Part shown: positions 1-12,406 of the stretch, one piece after another
Position numbering within the stretch: the first letter of the stretch is position 1
How the letters are laid out: every line of letters begins with the position of its first letter
DNA from: Phallusia mammillata
Taxonomy: Eukaryota
DNA length: 64,000 nt
Assembly (NCBI GenBank): GCA_965637545.1
Contig: OZ281496.1
Location: 5,084,001-5,148,000 of the forward strand
Direction of reading: 5' to 3'
Made by a program: the position numbers and the translations under genes
The notes under the pieces: generated by a model
The model's input: only the letters and a program-made list of their open reading frames with translations
Told to the model about the DNA's origin: nothing
Database searches by the model: none

Positions 1-91
1 CATCATCATCCGGCGTTTCTAGTTTGCAAATGAAAACATTAATATTAGCAAAAAGTGTGACCCGGTATTTTTTCTTTTGGGTAAGGATAAG

Positions 92-2170
92 CCTTTCGCA
101 CAATCACGATCACTACGGAAACCCGCACTGTTGAAAATGCCACTACTACCACCACCAACATGGAGACGATCACCACCAGAACCACCACCAACATGGAGAC
201 GATCACCACCACAACCACCACCAACATGGAGACGATCACCACCACAACCACCACCAACATGGAGTCGATCAGCACCACAACCACCGCCGACCCAATCACG
301 CGTGACACAGGTGAGAATATTTCTGATAAAATTCGTATTGTAAATAACGCAACAAATAACGTAATATTTCCTTATTTATGCTGTCCATTATTAATGCTTC
401 GGATAATTTTATATAAATGCTGGCAATATTCTTTACCGCCAATATGCTTCGGTAAAAATGAAAAAGAATCCATAAAACGTCTTAAAGTTGATATTTTTGG
501 TGTAAACTCAATTCATGCTTAGATCTCTGTGAGAAAAAGTTAATTTGTATTATTTTTACATATCTATCACACCGATTTCGCAGAAAAAAAAACTAAATAT
601 TAAATTTGTGAAATCTATAATGAGTCATACCAAAAACATAAGTCGAACCAAAGCGGCCTGATGTAAATTTTATTTTTGACTATGAATATGACATAATCAA
701 CAACAACGTTTGGCGTTACATGATCCGATACAGAATAAAGTCATCTAAGAATCAATGAACAAAAACCAAGAACAGAGTTCATAATGTAAAGAACAAGTTT
801 GTTTCGAGATAAAGCAAGCACAGCAAAATGTGTCCTGTGTTAGAGGGAAATGCCCGGAAAGATTCCTGACGTGGGTTCAAATCCCACAACAGGCTAGATT
901 TGTTTGTCTTTGCCTTGTCGGATGGGAATGCTTGGGAGACCGACTTAACTCGATATAATGCCTCATTGTGCCTGGCGTACTATGATTTGTATGTGAGATT
1001 TTTCGTGATCGAAGGTTTGCATGAACGCTTCAGAATCCAGTAGGAATGTATGTTTATCTTAGCTAATTTGCTTTGATTGTTAAGTTTTGATTCTCAATAG
1101 CTCTCCCCAGCACCAACCCTAAACATAAACACTTTGCAACTTAGCTCAAAATGCAAAGTAATTATGTGTTGATAGCCAAAACGTTCTAAACGTATCTATG
1201 TAGAAGAACGTCACTGAAACTTATAAAGAAACCATCCAAGTAAGAAGCAAAAGAAAAACATTTAGGGTTTATATCTCCTCCCGACCTTTGTAATAAAAGC
1301 CCAAAGATTGCGTTTTGTATTGTTCAGGAGGACGTTTATGAGTTCGAATTTGACATGCCGGTAAGTAAAAAAATTACTTCTAAAGCAGTAAGTATGCCTG
1401 ACCACTTTTTGACCATCATGATTTTGCCAGTTCGAATTTTCAACCTTTTATCTGCAAATTTTTTTTAAAAGTTTAATTAAAAACCAATATGGAAACTATC
1501 AATCTAAATCTAAAATCTAAATCGTGTTTGTTACCACAAAAAACACACGATGGCGTTCAGACCCCTGGAGGAACAATGTCTGAGAGTGCAACCAGTTTTT
1601 TTGATATTCGTAATTTTTTATTCTTTTCTTTTTAGCTTCCGCGTTTCAGGCGATCATCGTCCAGCTCGTCTGAAGAGGTACAGTCACCAAGTAGTACAAC
1701 CCTTGGCTACAAACATAATTCTATTTTAGTGAAACGATTTTTAGGTGTAATTTATTCCGTATTGCTGAAACAAGTGTTCCATATTTCAAGTCATGTTGGT
1801 CTTCAGTTAATGCACAAACTGTTGGAGTTATTCAAAAGTTGTTTAGAAATGCAAACTTAAGACACATTGAAAATTTCAGATCAAATTTTCTTGTCTAGAT
1901 ATATGTAGAAAATATCGTGGAACCTCCACACAACGTAAACCGACCACTTCCAAACCAAGGTAGGAAATATAACTCGACGAATGCCCGCATATCTACTTTT
2001 TGTTCAACTTTTGTTTGCCAATAAGTAGATATTTTTTAGGCCTATTTGCATTTGACATTTTTGATCCTGCTGCACCCCCAGCAGAAGAACCAGCTCAAAC
2101 AGATGGCGATGATGGTCGAAACCCGTACGATCAGTTGAAACCAGAACAAAACCAACCTCATAACAATTAA
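92..2170 (+). CDS. Family-X gene copy 1, 3' part (5' end outside window): Thr-rich mucin-like exon, small phase-0 exons and terminal exon
   Basis: GT-AG exons: 92-310 (AFRTITITTETRTVENATTTTTNMET...DT), 1328-1360 (EDVYEFEFDMP), 1636-1677 (LPRFRRSSSSSSEE), 1899-1959 (IYVENIVEPPHNVNRPLPNQ), 2040-2170 (GLFAFDIFDPAAPPAEEPAQTDGDDGRNPYDQLKPEQNQPHNN*). The last four are phase-compatible. A phase 1-to-0 linking exon between 310 and 1328 was not found, so inclusion of the mucin exon is uncertain. Confidence 0.6.
148..290 (+). repeat. 33-bp coding tandem repeat (METITTTTTTN), about 4 units
   Basis: Directly visible accaccaacatggagacgatc units in ORF 160..522. Confidence 0.9.
851..1060 (+). mobile_element. 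Degenerate partial copy of the tRNA-like-containing repeat
   Basis: cccggaaagattcctgacgtgggttcaaatccc...ggctagattt...cctggcgtactatgattt...tttatctt matches the copies at 28332 and 62659. Confidence 0.75.
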
Positions 2171-3489
2171 TGTTTGTATCGACGTAATTAAACCATGCAG
2201 CACCAAGGAAAAAGGAAAGTTCTGCAATAAGTTTTTGCACCTATTAAAAGATTAAACGGTCGAACCAAACAATTATACAAATGGGCTCAAAACTGCAGCA
2301 CCATGCGCACCAGTCGTACCTGGCAAATATTTAGTTACATTGTGTCCTTCCAAACAAAGCGAAGTTGTTGTACGTACCTTACCGTATTACATTATTTTGA
2401 CCGAAAGTATTCTCGATTGACCATTTAACATTTAATTAATTAGAATGTAAAATGGATCAGACAATAAAAATCCAAACCTGCAAAATAGCATGTCAAATGA
2501 TTATTTGTTTGTGAATAAAATATAACATGTAGAATGATTATTTGTTGTTTTGTGAATATATTGATTCAACTGATTATAGATGTTTGCAGAAGGTTGGTTT
2601 GTATCTAAAACTAAATAAAACGTTGGATACAATCGATAAACTAGGTGGAAGCATTAAGTTGTACAATCAATCGTATACAGTCATCGAAAGAAACAATCCC
2701 AACTTGCAAACCAAATCCACCACAAATAAGCTTGTTAAGATTATTTCCTCTCTACATCCAAAAACTTTTTTAAAACTTAACCGGTAAATGTTTTGACCAT
2801 AAAACTTTATTCCGCCTATGACTGCCATTTCTAATCTTTCAGTTCTGTTAGTTGTTCCCATACATTGTGCAAATTTAGCAATTATTAAAAAATAGCAAGT
2901 TTAACTCATAATTAAATGTTTTGACTATAAAACTCATTGTGCCTGTGATTGGAATTTCTAAACTTTCATTTCAGTTTTATTTAATGGTTTCCATGAATTG
3001 TGTAAATTCAGCAATTATTTTGAAAAAAGCTCGTTTGAAAGAAAGTAAAATTGTGTAACAGGCAAAAAAGTTGAGAACAATCTTTCAAACTTCGTAATAT
3101 TTCCTATCACAATTTAATTAGGAGACACATGCTACTCTGAACTGCAGTTCCATGGTTAACCATGGTTAATTCAAACGTGTCAAGCGCAAATGTAACTTTG
3201 GTGGACATATAACCAACACACACACACAGTATCAATTGCATCCGATTATATTGTTCTTCAGTCATACAAACAAAAACACTTTGACAAGCCATTTTTCGGA
3301 CAACAATAAAGCAGTAAATATTACATGTACTGTAATGACTAGTTTTAAAACCTCTAGCAAATTTAACAAGCAACGAATTTTAGAATAAATTGCAGAATAA
3401 TTTGTTGTTTCGAAGAAAATTTTAAGCGTTTTTATGTCGTGAGAAACAATTCAATGTCGAGCATTTCTGACATTTCATCCACAGATCAA

Positions 3490-6400
3490 TTTGTTTATAT
3501 TCTACTGTAGATCTTGGGCATTTTTGCCCATACGAGGGAACCGGCTCCGATAATTATAGCAGCCAGAAGAACAAACATCACAAGTTGGAAGATGTTGTAA
3601 GCGGCATCATTTACATCATTTATTCATCTCTGTCTCCTGGAGTGTCTGCGATAAAAAGAATGTTTAACTTAGATAAACATATATGTGTGCGAAAGCATTT
3701 GATACTGGAACTAGAGATTAACACCTCAGACAGACTAAAAATAATGCCACTCTTGTATACACTTGGAAGTGGGCCAAGCTTGCGAGAGATTGAAAGCCAA
3801 TACGAGAAGTAACTTTAAACTTTGATTCCTGGTTAAGGCAATGTCGAGTATGTTTCTTACACACAAAACAAAACGAAAAAGTGACTTTAGGAGTCAAGCT
3901 ATGCATAAGTTTGCCAAGATGGTCGAGTTGTAAGTAAAACCGACTTGTGTTCAATAGTTTGTGGGTTCTAATACTGTCTCGGCAGCCTGTGTTTCCCTGG
4001 GCAAGAAACTTAATTTGCATTGCTCCAACCCAGTGAAAATCCACGTATTGCACTACATTAACGTCCCCTCCGCTATAACGTAGTTGCTATAAATCTAGCA
4101 GCTCGACCGTGGACTGACTGTTAGTTAACGCATTCAGGCGTTGCAGGCTCATCGAGGATTAAAATAAATAGAAACATGCGAATTATTTGATAATTGAGGC
4201 CTAATATAGCTGAAGTAAACATGTCCCCAAAGGTTTTAGTTGATAAATACAACAATTTGAGTAGTTGGAACATAAGCAACTAAAGTATTTGGTCCAGAAC
4301 TAAGTTAATATGTAGGAAAGAAGAGTTTAATTATTGTCTTGGTACCTTGCACAAGCAAATACTTGGTAGTTTTCACGATACGAACTGGCCCCGCAGAAAG
4401 TCGTTGGCTGCGTCCATTGTTGTCAACAGATCGTCTTTTTTTCCCACCACACATCTTCAAATCAGTTTCATATTAATATTTTTTTTCATGTATATATATA
4501 TATACTATTAAGGATAAACAAAGCAGCTAAATGGAATCAGAAAAAACTTAGGCATGTAATGGTTTTTCCCTGTTTATTTCAACTAAAGCAAACTTATTGG
4601 AGAATAAATTAATCGAATATAATCCACTTTACTTGCAATGATGCAAGCAGCTCGACGGCGGACTTATTATTAGCCTTACACACCACACAAACTCAATTCA
4701 CCTGTCCAGGGCATTCTCCAGTCGAGTTTTGACAGACGGTCACGTCGCAGTGGATGTAGATGAACTGTTCTGCATCAGTAAAGTTTGTCCACACAAAGCT
4801 CTTCAGCTTGAAAGTTGCAGAGTTGGATTCGTAATTTCGTATCAACATTTTTGCGCCGGCAACCTCACTTCCACTGGGTGGCGCAACACATCTAATAATA
4901 TTTACAAACATTTACGCAAGGTCAAATGCAATGTGCCGTTCAATATATTATGAGAAAGATCACACGTTGCAAATCAAACACAAGTAATGATGTAAAGCTT
5001 ACCCGCTTACTACAACAGGGTAGTTCGGCAAACCACTGGAGTTTTCAACGCGTGTCGCCCAACATTCTTCAAGCTGTATACAAAATGGTAAATAAATCAA
5101 ATGTAGAAACTCTATAGCACCTAAAAGATGCTTAGTGTAATGCAACAAGTGTAATGTGCATTTTTTATGAAACACGAACTAACATTTAGCAACCTCTGTT
5201 ACCTTAATGCTTTTGTTTTTACCTGGACAATAAAGTCATCGTTGCTTGCAGAAATTTCATCAAGTTTCACTTCAGCAAAAATGTAGTTAGGCACAGTGAC
5301 TTCTCCGGGAAAGCTTTCGTTGAAGTATTGGTTGGAAAAGAGATTTAAAGCAACGTCAAAGTTTCCTGTATTCTCAGCAGAAGTTTCAATGGATCTGTAA
5401 CAAACTTCTACGTTTGAGAAATAAATGGACACGTTCCTGAGGAATTAGTCACATCAATAGACGTCATTTACTGTTTTTGACTTCACCGTTTATTTTCCGA
5501 GTTGTTTGACTAGCACTAATAATAGAATAAAAATTAATCAACAGACCGTTGGAGTCTCTGTGCCATGTTTGGCATGTGCTTACACATGCAATGACATGTG
5601 TCATGATTATAGTTTGCATTCTACGTGCTTTGCAGCATGTTACATCTGCTATTGCATTACATGACAAGTATTATGTATATGTTTTGCATATTGTGCGCTT
5701 TGTTGGCATGTGACATGTTTGGCATGTGCCGTAGATGTCTTCTTACCCGGCTTGTGATTGGACGTTGGATGACGAGAGAAGTAGTTCCGAGTCAAACAGA
5801 CAAGTGACATTGAGCCTGTTTTGAACGTCGCGTTGGATCACTGCTGGGGACGGAGCTAGGAATCTCCAGATAAGGAAGGACACCGACACTTTTCCGTTCT
5901 CATTCTGTTAATAAATAAATAAAAAATATTTTTAGAAGGGTAGCAAGAAAGTTGACAGCAATAAAAAGCACCAAAACTTAATCGTAACTGTAAAAGCATA
6001 TAGAGCCAATAAATGATAAGCTGCAGACAGTGCACACTGTTTCGACCTATAAGGTCTCATCAGTGCAGCTGGAGACGAGAGATCGGCCGCATTGGCTAGT
6101 GTAGCCATTCAACGGCACTCCAGTTCACCAGCTGCACTGATGAGACCTTATAGGTCGAAACAGTGTGCACTGTCTGCAGCTTAATCGTAACTACTGTGGA
6201 CGAAATGAATATGTGTCGATACATGGTGATGCCTGCCTGTATTTTTACTAAATGACATGTTGGGTGGAAGTGGCTCGATGAAGAAAACAGAAATGAGTTT
6301 TACCTGATAGAGGCCTTCGCATTGTCCAATGTCAAACACGAACACCGGGTCTGACCCCGTGACCTTGCAGTGGTCATTAAGTTGAGAAAGGGGAGTTTGC

Positions 6401-9400
6401 CTGTCCAGTGCGATGTAAAGTGTGTCACCGTGTTCGTAATCTAATGTGTTCTGTTCATCAGCTGTTACTCTGCGAATGATGGCTTTATTAGTTTACATGG
6501 ACAACTATACAATACTGGAAACACGCCATCGCCAAATAAACTGACTATTTATCAGTATTTAGTCAGCTGCGCAACGTTAAAACGTTGTGGAGTGCAAGAC
6601 AGTGAGGATTCCACTGCTGGACAATTACTGAGCGCGCAGTAGCTTGTAATAAATGTTTCCTGCTTAAGGCGAGAGTTCTATTAAGTGACTTTATTGTTCA
6701 GGATTTCAAAAATAAACAAAAACATGCCTAAAAGCAAAGACAAACTTACGCGATGGTCAAGTCTTTGGTCCTGCACACACTCATTGATTGTTCCATTCCT
6801 ACAAAGAACTATTAGTTTGCATGTAAGATGTGGTTCTTAACCAATTTATTTTCGTTACCCATTAGAAGAAACCGGGGAGTTTTAACAACGTAAAAAAATT
6901 ACGGCTTGTCGAAAATTGTTAAATGACCACATACTGGTAAATCCATAAGTTTTAATTCCTGAAAAAGACTCGGAGTTTATTTTATGAACATATAAACTGT
7001 TAGAAACTGTCCCTCCTACAAATTACTGCTCAAACTAAGATTTTTCCTGTTGTTGAAATTTGAGTTCTACCTGATTCATTGTTGACTGTCGCATTAAATC
7101 CCTGTGCTTGACCGCTTGCGTCGCTGACAAAGATTAATGTAAGAATTGTTGCAGTAACTGTATGATTCAACCCCCCAGTATGATTTCCAGTCAATCTTTC
7201 CACATTACCTTCTTCATTCTGGAACTGAAAATAAAATCACCGACCAATGTATAAACCAGTGAACAAGTGTGATGTATGTTGTTGTTATAAAAGCTCAAAT
7301 GTATTTTTTGGTTTGGGTTCAGTTTTTGTTTCGCATCTAAATTCATGCTCAGTCAAATTAATTTCATCGTTTTATATTGGCAGATCTAACTTTAAACAAA
7401 AATTCTGTCTTGTTTAAAAATCGGGTGATGCCTGGTTTTTGGTTCTTTAGTGGGATTTAACGAAAATGACAAAACGACAATCACTTACGTAAAGAAAGTC
7501 GAATCCATCCTCGATGTTATAAGTGGAGAATTGAAACATCAAGGACGAGCTGCTTTGCAATTGAAATCTCCAAACACACCCAGCAGAAGCGGAGTAGTCA
7601 CCCGGAAACATAGGAGATAACAAATTATACGGCAGGCTGTCAACATCTTCACCACACTCTTCAGCTGAATTGCACATAAAGCGTCAATGGTTGATAGTTA
7701 CGCTGCGGACGGACAGTGCAGATGGTGCACAAAACTTTGGTTTCTAAACAATTGCCAAATTACTTATGCTTTCAAATCTACTCTGTGTTATGTAAGCTGG
7801 GGTGCCGTGTGGCCAATCTCTTGTCACCAGCTGCACTGAAGAGACGACAAAGGTTAAAACAGAATTAACAAGCTGGATCTAAATACACAAAATACATTTT
7901 GCAGACTCCCCAAATGGTGGGTGGTCAAGTACATGATCTCATATTTTAGATTAACACATAGTTAAGCTTTTCCGTAAACATCCGACTTACCGGGATCTAT
8001 AAACACTTCTATTTCGACTGTTGTCAGGTTGAGGACACATGATACATAGACAGACGAGCTTTCAACGATAACCGGAAAAGATAAGCCTCCACCTAACAAC
8101 GTACCAGCCAATGTGCCCGAATTGTCGATTCCCTCGTATATCTAGATTAAACCTAGATTGTATCTTAGTCAAAAAACATTTACAATTTTAGCAAAAAACA
8201 TTTAACGCTCTTTTGGTTTGATGTGCTACTTCAATGTAGGTTTTTTCTAGCCTTTTTTGTCCACTTAGATCTTACCTAATGGCACAATAGTAGGTCAGAG
8301 GCAATCACATACATACATTAGCAAACATAGGATATCACAAGTTACTTGTGTGGGTTCCAAAATCAACCAAATTAATGCCCATGTTCCAAGTTATCCAATG
8401 CAAAAGTGCGTAAATAAGCATAAAGTGAAGATGTTAAACATTTGAAAGATTAAAATCACAAATTTAGTAATAGATCAAAACCATCAACAACATGGCTTAA
8501 ACTGACGATCACTGTTTGCCTTTTTAACTAGAGTACAGTAAAACCAATGGACGATAAAATCCTTGGTTTAGCATTACACCAGTTGAACGACAAATTTGGT
8601 AAAATGCAACCTGGTGGACGAAACACTTGTTCGGTATTTTCTGAGGATCTTAATGCAACTTACAAACAAAACCATTACCGACCCAAGTCATAATATACGA
8701 AATTCTACCTGACAAAAGTTGTTTGTAGCAAGCTCTCCTGAAGGAAAATAAGCAACCAATCTAGGGAAGTCGTCTCGGGAAACAAAACTAATAGTCCACG
8801 TGTCACATATAGCTGGAATATATTCAGTCAGTCGTGAAGAGATTGCTAGCCCAACATCACACCGTGCATCTGAAACTTAACATTGCATTTGCCAATAAGA
8901 CAAAATTGAACCAATCCAAAAAATGTATATTAAGGTTAAACGAAATATGCCCTTTTCGTATTTTTATGGTTAAACGAATATGCCCCTTTTCGTACGTTTC
9001 GTATTTGTTTACAAATATTTCAACAGTTTTGATACAATTAAACATTTCTACGTTTAAGAACAGATATTGATTAGTTTTTCTTTTCAATTTTGTTTCCTGG
9101 TACCGCAGAGCACTAAAATTTCTAAGATTGAAACAGTATGGGTGCATTGTGCTGTTGTCAAACGAGGATTGTCTTCTCAATTTCGGGATTTTAGTTAAGA
9201 AACGGATTAAATATAGGTAATATTTATTGGGAATGGAACGTTCAATACTAAAAGAAAAAGGAATTTGAATCGAAAACGCCGCATAAGACGAGAGTGAAAT
9301 AAAGAGAAAAGAACCGTTTGAGGGTGAAGGTTCGTGATGTTCTGGGCGAAAAAAATCACCAGGAACGGTGATGGCACAACCGTAAACAAGTTCGGCCGAT

Positions 9401-12400
9401 GAAGCCAGCAGGTATTTTTTTGGAGCTGTGCGAATACCAAACTCAACTTAACCTATGGTGGTCCCCTTGCCGACACCAAATCTTCTATGGTTTCGTTTAT
9501 GCCCATGAATCTGTCCCTCCGTGTCACTCTCAAGATTGTTCTGAGGCATTTCATTTTAAACTCCAGCAGAGCTGTTAACTCCTGTTCTCTGAGAGTTCAA
9601 GACTCAGAACCGTATATGGCTATACGGAGGATTAAAGCCTTATATAACCTAAGTTTTAGGGTTCTGGTCATGTCACTGGAGGTCCAGATAGTGCTCCTTA
9701 GACCACCACATGCCTGTGACGCCATGGATATTTTCTGGAGGACGTCAGAGGTACAGTTCGGGATCAAACTTCCGAGGAACTTGAACAATTTAACTTTTGC
9801 AAACTTGACGTTGTACTTGCATATCGTGCCAAACAAAATTTGAAGCGACAAGTTTGCGTGTTCACCGTATAGATGGGTGTAATGAAACGTGTATGAGATC
9901 AAAAACTTTAAGTTGCCATGATGTTGGGACAATTGGACGAGGCGACTCAAAAGGAAACGTCCCAAATGATTGTAGCTCTAGATCAGGGGTTCTTAACCAG
10001 GGGAGCACGCACCCCAAGGGGTGCAAGAACTGTTCCTAGGGGGTGGCGGGAATGCTGAATCATTAAGGTTGGTTAGGTCTTTTTTAAACACAAAACCCAG
10101 GTGGGTGCTAAAATTGGTTGGTGATTTGAAAGGGGTGCAGCAAGGAAAAAAGGTTTAAGAACCACTGCTCTAGTTTGATCGATCTACATGTCATTTAGTT
10201 GAGGGTTAGTGACTGAAGTACGGTGTGCTTGAACCTCTGGGCCAACCTGAGCAGCTGCCAGTGACAAATAATCAAAATCAGATAGGAATCAAACTGCATC
10301 GATGAAAACGCGGGAGAGGGCGTCGGCCAAGTGTTTTTGTTTGCCTTCGATGTGTCGCACATCTGTGGTAAACTCCGAAATGGCGGTTAAATGACGTTGT
10401 TGGTGTGCTGACCACGGAGCCCACACTTCGGTTAATGCAAAGGTCAACGGCTTGTGATGTGTGTACGGTCAACCAAAGAACCAACTCTAACTGGTCATCC
10501 AAAGAACGTTGTAGGTTTACCCATAGGTCTCGTATAAATAGGAGACCTGATGCGTGCAGCGCCAGAAATAAAACGATGGCACAAGTTTACGATACCTGCA
10601 AATTACTGAAGCCCGTTAGCAGCAGAGGGGTGCGGAAAAGTTTGAAAAGCTTCGACTTTGTTGGGAAGGGGTCGGGCACGGGTATTGTCAACTCGATGTC
10701 CCGTCAAAGTACCTCCCTGGAAGGTCCTTATGTTTTATGTAATAAGGTCCAAATACCTCCCTGGAGGTCCTCGGTTTGCGACGGCGTTTACAAGTCCAAA
10801 TGCCTCCCTTGAAGGTATAAGTTGCGCCAGCGCAGCTACCGCGGAGCAACGGAGAGGAGCAACGGCGCGGCCCGGAGCAACTGAGCAACTCAAGCGTTGC
10901 AAAGGGAAAAAAGGCGTTGAATTCTATGCAACAAAAACCTGGGTATTGCTTTGAGCTGTATCATACGCTTCAAAGTTACAAACGGTGACTTTTATGTGCA
11001 ATATCATTGTTTACTTTTGTTGACTGAACAATAAACTTCATGTTTTTTGTTTGGTGTATTAATGGTCGTAGTTCTCGGAAAGTGACTTGCTCGCGACGAG
11101 CTCCCACCATGACTTAAGCCGAATGACATGCTAAGGAATCCAAAAAGGCCAAAAGGAGTAATGACCGCGGTTTTCGCAATCTCACCTGGGCCACAGGTAC
11201 CTGGTGGTAACCACGAAAAGTCTTGAATGTGAGGAATTGGCAGAACGATCAGGCCGGGTAGCTGCGTTAAGACCGGGTAGCTGCGTTAAGATCGGGTAGC
11301 TGCGTAAATCATTGCGGTCACAAAGCCCATGGACTGGAAGAACGTCTAATAATACCCCGTTGCAGCACGTTTTATATTCTTTTTTAGCGAAGCCGAGTTT
11401 CCCGGGAGGGCGAAATCGAGCGCGAAAGTGCACGAGTGGGCCATTAGCTGGGAAAAATGCTGAAGTCCATGCTTGGGTTACGTCTGTGAAAAAATGGGAA
11501 AAAGTAATTCCTTGCAATTTGGCCGACAACCGAGCATGAGCCGAAGAGCGCGCGGAAACGGTGTTGGTTCGATGCTTTGTCCAGTGCAACGATGGAGAAG
11601 GTGTCGGCATTGATGAGACGTCGATGCTTGAGGTCCTTGCAAAAAATGAGCCCTTGGACAAGCATAAACTGTCATTGAAGTTTGCCGGAAGGTAAATGCA
11701 TAGTTAACAGACGTGACCCGGATATGGGTGCCATTCGCAGCAACGAGGTTTTTTTAGGAGGATTGTTGCGGCGCTTCAATCCTATGGCTGTATTGACGCT
11801 TACCTCGGAGTAGCGAGATGTTTATTCGAGGTACATGAAAATAGAATAAGACAATGTACTAATACGTCGCATAGGACGAGAGTGAAACAAAGAAAGCATT
11901 CTGTCCGGTTCACTGTAGGTATACAAGAACACGATAATCATAGTGAGAGAAGCCAACACATATGTAGACTTTTTCAGCTCACTAAAACGAGTCCAAATCG
12001 TATTTCTATTTGCTTTTTGCATGCGATAAGTGAAACATGATCAAATAAGGGATTCTCTGCATGAACGAAATGCATAAGCTGTTAGGGTACGTAAAATAAA
12101 ATTATACCACACAGCCAAAGTAACCATTTAAATCCGACTGTAGTTTCCACTGTATGTTGTCATACTGTTTATTTGTTCGCAACTATTTTGCTTCATTGGT
12201 CTATGTATACCCGTGTGCAGAAAAACGGCAAAACGTTTGCAAAATAATTAGTTCTTTAACCAAAAACGAGCATTTGGTGAAACTTTATGCCAGTTAAAGG
12301 AGAAACGTTACTAAATTAAAAAAAATATTTACCAAATCAACTTACCTTTGTGCAAAAAACTAATCGAACAGACAAACAGAGCCAGTTTCAATAGCCCTTG

Positions 12401-12406
12401 TGACAT
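3490..12406 (-). CDS. Kringle-like/CUB/ZP-domain protein, paralog A (premature stop just before the TM helix)
   Basis: Exons: 12346-12406 (MSQGLLKLALFVCSISFLHK, signal peptide), 8709-8869 and 7991-8141 (C..CDTW..NNFC), 7489-7664 and 7071-7224 (CUB: SPMFPGDY..CVWRF..FVSD..GFNAT), 6750-6798, ~6305-6479, ~5735-5883, ~5222-5396, ~5002-5073, ~4700-4890 (ZP: CWAT, FKLKSFVW, IHCDVTVC), ~4346-4454 (KKRR furin site, LSAGPV), TM exon ~3500-3646. Phases are consistent. An 8-bp duplication gives TAA at 3620-3622. Confidence 0.85.
6019..6070 (-). ncRNA. Type I hammerhead ribozyme (inverted copy)
   Basis: Reverse complement of 6130-6181. Confidence 0.88.
6130..6181 (+). ncRNA. Type I hammerhead ribozyme
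   Basis: Stem I AGCTGCA/TGCAGCT, core CTGATGA, stem II GACC-ttata-GGTC, GAAA, stem III ACAGTG-tg-CACTGT, cleavage triplet GTC ending at 6174. Confidence 0.9.
7700..7880. mobile_element. Decayed copy of the HHR mini-element family
   Basis: gtcaccagctgcactgaagagacgacaaaggttaaaacag resembles the HHR core. Related relics lie at ~12845, ~13275, ~34560, ~56260 and ~58400. Confidence 0.6.
9450..9975 (-). mobile_element. Non-LTR retrotransposon (RTE-like LINE) RT C-terminal fragment, frameshifted
   Basis: FKFLGSLI..SDVLQKISMASQACGGLRSTIW..LKLRLYKALILRIAIYGSES, continuing in another frame as WTL..KCLRTILRVTRRDR. This matches the typical LINE RT thumb/C-terminal region. Confidence 0.8.
9984..10167. 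mobile_element. hAT-type MITE
   Basis: Terminal inverted repeats (TIRs) caggggttcttaacc / ggtttaagaaccactg; 8-bp TSD ctctagat/ctctagtt. Confidence 0.85.
10270..11760 (-). mobile_element. Decayed Ty3/gypsy pol (RT-RNase H) remnant
   Basis: Motifs in shifting frames: GPLVHFRARFRPPGKL, EIAKTAVITPFGLFGFLSMSFGL, PLPNKVEAF..FAGIVN..RFI, HKPLTFAL..HLTAISEFTTDVRHIEGK..ADALSR. No LTRs recognised. Confidence 0.85.

Larger units (their letters stand above)
5990..6182. mobile_element. Non-coding mini-element with two inverted hammerhead ribozymes and a 13-bp TSD
   Basis: 6018-6072 is the reverse complement of 6128-6182. TSD cttaatcgtaact at 5977-5989 and 6180-6192. The paralogous intron in copy B (~21003) shows the empty site. 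Confidence 0.85.

Noticed and set aside
3930-4000. Extra exon between the furin and TM exons that might rescue the frame in paralog A
   Set aside because: It has a stop in the required phase, is not conserved in D, and resembles a decayed tRNA B-box remnant.
10700-10830. CRISPR array
   Set aside because: Only three imperfect units, eukaryotic context, no cas genes.
11822-12022. Signal-anchor first exon of ZP-A
   Set aside because: The true first exon is 12346-12406, homologous in C and D. This ORF shares sequence with 9270-9330 and looks repeat-derived.
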